From: Azolla caroliniana
Lineage: Eukaryota; Plantae; Polypodiophyta
Reading direction: 5' to 3'
Assembly (NCBI GenBank): GCA_043228905.1
Contig: JBHGNT010000911.1
Location: 1-13,956, forward strand
Length of the DNA: 13,956 nt
Of this stretch, positions 1 through 9,142 are shown in pieces; within the stretch, counting starts at the first letter, position 1; the number at the start of each line of letters is the position of its first letter. The translations under genes were made by a program, and so were the position numbers. The notes under the pieces were generated by a model. It saw nothing but the letters and a program-made list of their open reading frames with translations, did not search any database and was not told the origin of the DNA.

Positions 1-345
1 AATCGAAGAAAACAACGCTAGCTATGATATGGATTTAAAAAATCAAGATTTTGAAACTCAGGTCGAGAGACATGACGAAATTACCAAAATTGAGGAGGTG
101 GTTGTGAAGAGCTAGTAGTTAAATTAAAATGTTCATACGTGGCTCGTGTGATATCGGATTTTTGTGTTCAAACATGCGAATCGAAGCTAACAACGCTAGC
201 TATGATATACAATTAAAAAATCAAGATTTTGAAACTCAGGTCGAGAGACAGGACGAAATTACCGAATTTGAGGAGGTGGTTGAGAAGAGCGTGAGTAAAT
301 TAAAATGTTCATATGTGGCTCGTGTGATATCGGATTTTAGTGTTC

Positions 346-369
346 GCAGTGGTATCAACGCAGAGTACT
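346..369 (+). other. Synthetic adapter remnant: SMART/ISPCR primer / PacBio ultra-low-input amplification adapter (AAGCAGTGGTATCAACGCAGAGTAC[T]) lacking the first two A's
   Basis: 346-369 reads GCAGTGGTATCAACGCAGAGTACT: 23 contiguous nt identical to the well-known oligo AAGCAGTGGTATCAACGCAGAGTAC, followed by a T consistent with T/A ligation. It is the only non-satellite stretch in the window. Confidence 0.96.
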
Positions 370-674
370 CGCTAGCTATGATATGGATTTAAAAAATCAA
401 GATTTTGAAACTCAGGTCGAGAGACATGATGAAATTACCAAATTTGAGGAGGTGGTTGAGAAGAGCTAGTAGCCAAATTAAAATGTTCATACGTGGCTCG
501 TGTGATATCTGATTTTTATGTTCAAACATGCAAATCGAAACTAACAACGCTAGCTATGATATGCAATTAAAAAATCAAGATTTTGAAACTCAGGTAGAGA
601 GACATGAGGAAATTAGCAAATTTGAGGAGGGAGTTGAGAAGAGCGCGTGAGTAAATTAAAATGTTCATACGTGG

Positions 675-677
675 CTC
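675..677. other. Inversion (strand-switch) junction within the satellite, with 3-bp CTC microhomology
   Basis: The left orientation ends ...ATGTTCATACGTGGCTC (would continue GTGTG). The right orientation begins CTCAAATTTGGTAATTTCG (normally preceded by CACCTC). CTC at 675-677 belongs to both. Confidence 0.93.
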
Positions 678-815
678 AAATTTGGTAATTTCGTCATGTC
701 TCTCGACCTGAGTTTCAAAATCTTGATTTTTTAAATCCATATCATAGCTAGCGTTGTTAGCTTCGATTCGGAGGTTTGAACACTAAAATCCGATATCACA
801 CGAGCCACATATGAA

Positions 816-818
816 CAA
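816..818. other. 25-27-bp deletion within a monomer, with CA microhomology
   Basis: Observed ATGAACA|ACCACC. Equivalent copies read ATGAACA-TTTTAATTTACTCACGCTCTTCTCA-ACCACC (25 nt missing relative to the copy around 3460-3484; 27 nt relative to the 178-bp form). Confidence 0.9.
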
Positions 819-1520
819 CCACCTCCTCAAATTTGGTAATTTCGTCCTGTCTCTCGACCTGAGTTTCAAAATCTTGATTTTTTAATTCTATATCATAGCT
901 AGCGTTGTTAGCTTCGATTCGCATGTTTGAACACAAAAATCCGATATCACACGAGCCACGTATGAACATTTTAATTTAACTACTAGCTCTTCACAACCAC
1001 CTCCTCAATTTTGGTAATTTCGTCATGTCTCTCGACCTGAGTTTCAAAATCTTGATTTTTTAAATCCATATCATAGCTAGCGTTGTTAGCCTCGATTCGG
1101 AGGTTTGAACACTAAAATCCGACATTACACGAGCCACATATGAATATTTTAATTTACTCACGCGCTCTTCTCAACTCCCTCCTCAAATTTGCTAATTTCG
1201 TCATGTCTCTCTACCTGAGTTTCAAAATCTTGATTTTTTAATTCTATATCATAGCTAGCGTTGTTAGCTTCGATTCGGAGGTTGGAACACTAAAATCCGA
1301 TATCACACGAGCCAGGTATCAACATTTTAATTTAGCTACTAGGTCTTCTCAACCACCTCCTCAAATTTGGTAATTTCGTCATGTCTCTCGACCTGAGTTT
1401 CAAAATCTTGATTCTTTAATTCGATATCATAGCTAGCTTTGTTAGCTTCGATTCGCATGTTTGAACACAAAAATCCGATATCACACGAGCCACGTATGAA
1501 CATTTTAATTTACTCACGCG

Positions 1521-4500
1521 CTCTTCTCAACTCCCTCCTCAAATTTGCTAATTTCGTCATGTCTCTCGACCTGAGTTTCAAAATCTTGATTTTTTAATTC
1601 TATATCATAGCTAGCGTTGTTAGCTTCGATTCGCATGTTTGAACACAAAAATCCGATATCACACGAGCCACGTATGAACATTTTAATTTAACTACTAGCT
1701 CTTCACAACCACCTCCTCAATTTTGGTAATTTCGTCATGTCTCTCGACCTGAGTTTCAAAATCTTGATTTTTTAAATCCATATCATAGCTAGCGTTGTTT
1801 TCTTCGATTCGGAGGTTTGAACACTAAAATCCGATATCACGCGAGCCACATATGAACATTTTAATTTACTCAGGTGCTCTTCTCAACCACCTCCTCAAAT
1901 TTGGTAATTTCGTCGTGTCTCTCGACCTGACTTTGAAAATCTTGATTGTTAATTCTATATCATAGCTAGCGTTCTTATCTTCGATTCGCATGTTTTAATA
2001 CAAAAATCTGATATCACATGAGCCACGTATGAACATTTTAATTTAGCTACTAGCTCTTCTCAACCACCTCCTCAAATTTGGTAATTTCGTCATGTCTGTC
2101 GACCTGAGTTTCAAAATCTTGATTCTTTAATTCGATATCATACCTAGCTTTGTTATCTTCGATTCGCATGTTTGAACACAAAAATCCGATATCACACGAG
2201 CCATGTATGAACATTTTAATTTACTCACGCGCTCTTCTCAACTCCCTCCTCAAATTTGCTAATTTCGTCTTGTCTCTCGACCTGAGTTTCAACATCTTGA
2301 TTTTTTAATTCCATATCATAGGTAGCGTTGTTAGTTTCGATTCGCATGTTTGAACACAAAAATCCGATATCACACGAGCCAGGTATCAACATTTTAATTT
2401 AGCTACTAGCTCTTCTCAACCACCTCCTCAAATTTGGTAATTTCGTCATGTCTCTCAACATGAGTTTCAAAATCTTGATTTTTTAAATCCATATCATAGC
2501 TAGCGTTGTTAGCTTCGATTCGGAGGTTTGAACACTAAAATCCGATATCACACGAGCCACATATGAACATTTTAATTTACTCAGGCGCTCTTCTCAACCA
2601 CCTCCTCAAATTTGGTAATTTCTTCATGTCTCTCGACCTGAGTTTCAAAATCTTGATTTTTTAATTCTATATCATAGCTAGCGTTGTTAGTTTCGATTCG
2701 CATGTTTGAACACAAAAATCCGATATCACACGAGCCAGGTATCAACATTTTAATTTAGCTACTAGGTCTTCTCAACCACCTCCTCAAATTTGGTAATTTC
2801 GTCATGTCTGTCGACCTGAGTTTCAAAATCTTGATTCTTTAATTCGATATCATAGCTAGCTTTGGTAGCTTCGATTCGCATGTTTGAACACAAAAATCCG
2901 ATATGACACGAGCCACGTATGAACATTTTAATTTAGCTACTAGCTCTTCTCAACCACCTCCTCAAATTTGGTAATTTCTTCATGTCTCTCGACCTGAGTT
3001 TCAAAATCTTGATTTCTTAATTCTATATCATAGCTAGCGTTGTTAGCTTCGATTCGCATGTTTGAACACAAAAATCCGATATCACACGAGCCACGTATGA
3101 ACATTTTAATTTACTCACGCGCTCTTCTCAACTCCCTCCTCAAATTTGCTAATTTCCTCATGTCTCTCTACCTGAGTTTCAAAATCTTGATTTTTTAATT
3201 GCATATCATAGCTAGCGTTGTTAGTTTCGATTTGCATGTTTGAACACAAAAATCCGATATCACACGAGCCACGTATGAACATTTTAATTTGGCTACTAGC
3301 TCTTCTCAACCACCTCCTCAATTTTGGTAATTTCGTCATGTCTCTCGACCTGAGTTTCAAAATCTTGATTTTTTAAATCCATATCATAGCTAGCGTTGTT
3401 AGCTTCGATTCGGAGGTTTGAACACTAAAATCCGATATCACACGAGCCACATATGAACATTTTAATTTACTCACGCTCTTCTCAACCACCTCCTCAAATT
3501 TGGTAATTTCGTCCTGTCTCTCGACCTGAGTTTCAAAATCTTGATTTTTTAATTCTATATCATAGCTAGCGTTGTTAGCTTCGATTCGCATGTTTGAACA
3601 CAAAAATCCGATATCACACGAGCCACGTATGAACATTTTAATTTAACTACTAGCTCTTCACAACCACCTCCTCAATTTTGGTAATTTCGTCATGTCTCTC
3701 GACCTGAGTTTCAAAATCTTGATTTTTTAAATCCATATCATAGCTAGCGTTGTTTTCTTCGATTCGGAGCTTTGAACACTAAAATCCGATATCACGCGAG
3801 CCACATATGAACATTTTAATTTACTCAGGTGCTCTTCTCAACCACCTCCTCAAATTTGGTAATTTCGTCGTGTCTCTCGACCTGACTTTGAAAATCTTGA
3901 TTGTTAATTCTATATCATAGCTAGCGTTGTTAGCTTCGATTCGCATGTTTGAACACAAAAATCTGATATCACACGAGCCACGTATGAACATTTTAATTTA
4001 GCTACTAGCTCTTCTCAACCACCTCCTCAAATTTGGTAATTTCGTCATGTCTGTCGACCTGAGTTTCAACATCTTGATTTTTTAATTCCATATCATAGGT
4101 AGCGTTGTTAGTTTCGATTCGCATGTTTGAACACAAAAATCCGATATCACACGAGCCAGGTATCAACATTTTAATTTAGCTACTAGCTCTTCTCAACCAC
4201 CTCCTCAAATTTGGTAATTTCGTCATGTCTCTCGACATGAGTTTCAAAATCTTGATTTTTTAAATCCATATCATAGCTAGCGTTGTTAGCTTCGATTCGG
4301 AGGTTTGAACACTAAAATCCGACATCATACGAGCCACATATGAACATTTTAATTTACTGACGCGCTCTTCTCAACCACCTCCTCAAATTCGGTAATTTCG
4401 TCGCGTCTCTCGACCTGAGTTTCAAGATCTTGATTTTTTAATTCTATATCATAGCTAGCGTAGTTAGCTTCGATTCGCATGTTTGAACACAAAAATACGA

Positions 4501-7500
4501 TATCACACGAGCTACGTATGAACATTTTCATTTACTCACGCGCTCTTGTCAACCACCTCCTCAAATTTGGTAATTTCGTCATGTCTCTCGACCTGAGTTT
4601 CAAAATCTTGATTTTTTAATTCTATATCATAGCTAGCGTTGTTAGCTTCGATTCGCATGTTTGAACACAAAAATCCGATATCACACGAGCCACGTATGAA
4701 CATTTTAATTTAGCTACTAGCTCTTCACAACCACCTCCTCAATTTTGGTAATTTCGTCATGTCTCTCGACCTGAGTTTCAAAATCTTGATTTTTTAAATC
4801 CATATCATAGCTAGCGTTGTTTTCTTCGATTCGGAGGTTTGAACACTAAAATCCGATATCACGCGAGCCACATATGAACATTTTAATTTACTCAGGTGCT
4901 CTTCTCAACCACCTCCTCAAATTTGGTAATTTCGTCGTGTCTCTCGACCTGACTTTGAAAATCTTGATTGTTAATTCTATATCATAGCTAAGAACACAAA
5001 AATCTGATATCACACGAGCCACGTATGAACATTTTAATTTAGCTACTAGCTCTTCTCAACCACCTCCTCAAATTTGGTAATTTCGTCATGTCTGTCGACC
5101 TGAGTTTCAAAATCTTGATTCTTTAATTCGATATCATAGCTAGCTTTGTTAGCTTCGATTCGCATGTTTGAACACAAAAATCCGATATCACACGAGCCAT
5201 GTATGAACATTTTAATTTACTCACGCGCTCTTCTCAACTACCTCCTCAAATTTGCTAATTTCGTCTTGTCTCTCGACCTGAGTTTCAACATCTTGATTTT
5301 TTAATTCCATATCATAGGTAGCGTTGTTAGTTTCGATTCGCATGTTTGAACACAAAAATCCGATATCACACGAGCCAGGTATCAACATTTTAATTTAGCT
5401 ACTAGCTCTTCTCAACCACCTCCTCAAATTTGGTAATTTCGTCATGTCTCTCGACATGAGTTTCAAAATCTTGATTTTTTAAATCCATATCATAGCTAGC
5501 GTTGTTAGCTTCGATTCGGAGGTTTGAACACTAAAATCCGACATCATACGAGCCACATATGAACATTTTAATTTACTCACGCGCTCTTCTATACCACCTC
5601 CTCAAATTCGGTAATTTCGTCGCGTCTCTCGACCTGAGTTTCAAGATCTTGATTTTTTAATTCTATATCATAGCTAGCGTAGTTAGCTTCGATTCGCATG
5701 TTTGAACACAAAAATACGATATCACACGAGCTACGTATGAACATTTTAATTTACTCACGCGCTCTTCTCAACCACCTCCTCAAATTTGGTAATTTCGTCA
5801 TGTCTCTCGACCTGAGTTTCAAAATCTTGATTTTTTAAATCCATATCATAGCTAGCGTTGTTAGCTTCGATTCGGAGGTTTGAACACTAAAATCCGACAT
5901 CATACGAGCCACATATGAACATTTTAATTTACTCACGCGCTCTTCTCAACCACCTCCTCAAATTCGGTAATTTCGTCGCGTCTCTCGACCTGAGTTTCAA
6001 GATCCTGATTTTTTAATTCTATATCATAGCTAGCGTTGTTAGCTTCGATTCGCATGTTTGAACACAAAAATCTGATATCACACGAGCCACGTATGAACAT
6101 TTTAATTTAGCTACTACCTCTTCTCAACCACCTCCTCAAATTTGGTAATTTCGTCATGTCTGTCGACCTGAGTTTCAAAATCTTGATTTTTTAATTCTAT
6201 ATCATAGCTAGCGTTGTTAGCTTCGATTCGCATGTTTGAACACAAAAATCCGATATCACACGAGCCACGTATGAACATTTTAATTTACTCACGCGCTCTT
6301 CTCAACTCCCTCCTGAAATTTGCTAATTTCGTCATGTCTCTCGACCTGAGTTTCAAAATCTTGATTTTTTAATACTATATCATAGCTAGCGTTGTTAGCT
6401 TCGATTCGCATGTTTGAACACAAAAATCCGATATCACACGAGCCACGTATGAACATTTTAATTTAGCTACTAGGTCTTCTCAACCACCTCCTCAAATTTG
6501 GTAATTTCGTCATGTCTGTCGACCTGAGTTTCAAAATCTTGATTCTTTAATTCGATATCATAGCTAGCTTTGTTAGCTTCGATTCGCATGTTTGAACACA
6601 AAAATCCGATATCACACGAGCCATGTATGAACATTTTAATTTACTCACGCGCTCTTCTCAACTCCCTCCTCAAATTTGCTAATTTCGTCTTGTCTCTCGA
6701 CCTGAGTTTCAACATCTTGATTTTTTAATTCCATATCATAGGTAGCGTTGTTAGTTTCGATTCGCATGTTTGAACACAAAAATCCGATATCACACGAGCC
6801 ACGTATGAACATTTTAATTTACTCACGCGCTCTTCTCAACTCCCTCCTCAAATTTGCTAATTTCGTCATGTCTCTCGACCTGAGTTTCAAAATCTTGATT
6901 TTTTAATTCTATATCATAGCTAGCGTTGTTAGCTTCGATTCGCATGTTTGAACACAAAAATCCGATATCACACGAGCCACGTATGAACATTTTAATTTAA
7001 CTACTAGCTCTTCACAACCACCTCCTCAATTTTGGTAATTTCGTCATGTCTCTCGACCTGAGTTTCAAAATCGTGATTTTTTAAATCCATATCATAGCTA
7101 GCGTTGTTTTCTTCGATTCGGAGGTTTGAACACTAAAATCCGATATCACGCGAGCCACATATGAACATTTTAATTTACTCAGGTGCTCTTCTCAACCACC
7201 TCCTCAAATTTGGTAATTTCGTCGTGTCTCTCGACCTGACTTTGAAAATCTTGATTGTTAATTCTATATCATAGCTAGTGTTCTTATCTTCGATTCGCAT
7301 GTTTGAACACAAAAATCTGATATCACACGAGCCACGTATGAACATTTTAATTTAGCTACTAGCTCTTCTCAACCACCTCCTCAAATTTGGTAATTTCGTC
7401 ATGTCTGTCGACCTGAGTTTCAAAATCTTGATTCTTTAATTCGATATCATAGCTAGCTTTGTTAGCTTCGATTCGCTTGTTTGAACACAAAAATCCGATA

Positions 7501-9142
7501 TCACACGAGCCATGTATGAACATTTTAATTTACTCACGCGCTCTTCTCAACTCCCTCCTCAAATTTGCTAATTTCGTCTTGTCTCTCGACCTGAGTTTCA
7601 ACATCTTGATTTTTTAATTCCATATCATAGGTAGCGTTGTTAGTTTCGATTCGCATGTTTGAACACAAAAATCCGATATCACACGAGCCACGTATGAACA
7701 TTTTAATTTACTCACGCGCTCTTCTCAACTCCCTCCTCAAATTTGCTAATTTCGTCATGTCTCTCGACCTGAGTTTCAAAATCTTGATTTTTTAATTCTA
7801 TATCATAGCTAGCGTTGTTAGCTTCGATTCGCATGTTTGAACACAAAAATCCGATATCACACGAGCCACGTATGAACATTTTAATTTAACTACTAGCTCT
7901 TCACAACCACCTCCTCAATTTTGGTAATTTCGTCATGTCTCTCGACCTGAGTTTCAAAATCTTGATTTTTTAAATCCATATCATAGCTAGCGTTGTTAGC
8001 TTCGATTCGGAGGTTTGAACACTAAAATCCGATATCACACGAGCCACATATGAACATTTTGATTTACTCAGGCGCTCTTCTGAACCACCTCCTCAAATTT
8101 GGTAATTTCGTCATGTCTCTCGACCTGAGTTTCAAAATCTTGATTTTTTAATTCTATATCATAGCTAGCGTTGTTAGCTTCGATTCGCATGTTTGAACAC
8201 AAAAATCCGATATCACACGAGCCACGTATGAACATTTTAATTTAGCTACTAGGTCTTCTCAACCACCTCCTCAAATTTGGTAATTTCGTCATGTCTGTCG
8301 ACCTGAGTTTCAAAATCTTGATTCTTTAATTCGATATCATAGCTAGCTTTGTTAGCTTCGATTCGCCTTTTTGAACACAAAAATCCGATATCACACGAGC
8401 CACGTATGAACATTTTAATTTAGCTACTAGCTCTTCTCAACCACCTCCTCAAATCTGGTAATTTCGTCATGTCTGTCGACCTGAGTTTCAAAATCTTGAT
8501 TTTTTAATTCTATATCATAGCTAGCGTTGTTAGCTTCCATTCGCATGTTTGAACACAAAAATCCGATATCACACGAGCCATGTATGAACATTTTAATTTA
8601 CTCACGCGCTCTTCTCAACTCCCTCCTCAAATTTGCTAATTTCGTCTTGTCTCTCGACCTGAGTTTCAACATCTTGATTTTTTAATTCCATATCATAGGT
8701 AGCGTTGTTAGTTTCGATTCGCATGTTTGAACACAAAAATCCGATATCACACGAGCCAGGTATCAACATTTTAATTTAGCTACTAGCTCTTCTCAACCAC
8801 CTCCTCAAATTTGGTAATTTCGTCATGTCTCTCGACATGAGTTTCAAAATCTTGATTTTTTAAATCCATATCATAGCTAGCGTTGTTAGCTTCGATTCGG
8901 AGGTTTGAACACTAAAATCCGACATCATACGAGCCACATATGAACATTTTAATTTACTCACGCGCTCTTCTCAACCACCTCCTCAAATTCGGTAATTTCG
9001 TCGCGTCTCTCGACCTGAGTTTCAAGATCCTGATTTTTTAATTCTATATCATAGCTAGCGTAGTTAGCTTCGATTCGCATGTTTGAACACAAAAATAGGA
9101 TATCACACGAGCTACGTATGAACATTTTAATTTACTCACGCG
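1521..9142 (+). repeat. Irregular HOR domain built from recurring ordered blocks of monomer subtypes
   Basis: The block [CTTCAC..TTTTCTTCG..CAGGTG] - [GACTTTG..GATTGTT] - [TGTCGAC..ATTCTTT] - [TCTTG..CAACAT..GGTAG] starts at 1699, 3654 (one monomer shorter), 4721 and 7008. The spacing is uneven (1955, 1067, 2287 bp). Confidence 0.8.
4990..4992. other. Net 26-bp deletion within a monomer (27 nt replaced by a single A)
   Basis: Observed ATCATAGCTA-A-GAACAC versus consensus ATCATAGCTA-GCGTTGTTAGCTTCGATTCGCATGTTT-GAACAC. The monomer 4899-5049 is 151 bp, against 177 bp for its siblings at 1877, 3832 and 7186. Confidence 0.9.

Larger units (their letters stand above)
1..677 (-). repeat. Same 178-bp satellite in the opposite orientation (~3.8 monomers), truncated by the window start
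   Basis: Reverse complement of the main monomer (e.g. GAGGAGGTGGTTGAGAAGAG, GATTTTGAAACTCAGGTCGAGAGAC). It is collinear with the reverse complement of 3088-3764 (paired coordinates sum to 3765, as ORF 129..392 + and ORF 3373..3636 - also show). Confidence 0.97.

Noticed and set aside
92-99. GAGGAGGT Shine-Dalgarno-like motif in each monomer
   Set aside because: It is part of the satellite's purine-rich tract, is not appropriately spaced from an ORF start (ATG at 129 is ~30 nt away), and the context is not prokaryotic.
346-369. Novel site-specific insertion, acquired spacer or mini mobile element
   Set aside because: It matches a common laboratory oligo exactly, has no target-site duplication or terminal repeats, and replaces rather than inserts sequence.
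129-392. 87-aa ORF on the + strand
   Set aside because: It is a translation of satellite monomers and includes the adapter (RSGINAEYS). The 178-bp period is not a multiple of 3, so the frame shifts every monomer, and there is no recognisable domain.
761-778. CENP-B-box-like motif (CTTCGATTCGGAGG)
   Set aside because: It has TTCG but lacks the required spacing and CGGG of the NTTCGNNNNANNCGGGN consensus.
987-1164. Assignment to Arabidopsis CEN178/CEN180 or primate alpha satellite
   Set aside because: Only the length is similar; I recognise none of their sequence motifs. A database search would be needed to name the family.
987-1164. Tandem 5S rRNA, tRNA, snRNA or spliced-leader gene array
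   Set aside because: I see no recognisable 5S, tRNA cloverleaf/A-B box or snRNA sequence, and no conserved-gene versus variable-spacer partition within the monomer.
3115-4531. ORFs 3115..3360, 3373..3636 and 4349..4531 on the - strand
   Set aside because: The same peptide (MFIRGSCDIGFLCSNM...) appears wherever a variant removes a stop codon. Most monomers have stops, and there is no sign of coding constraint.
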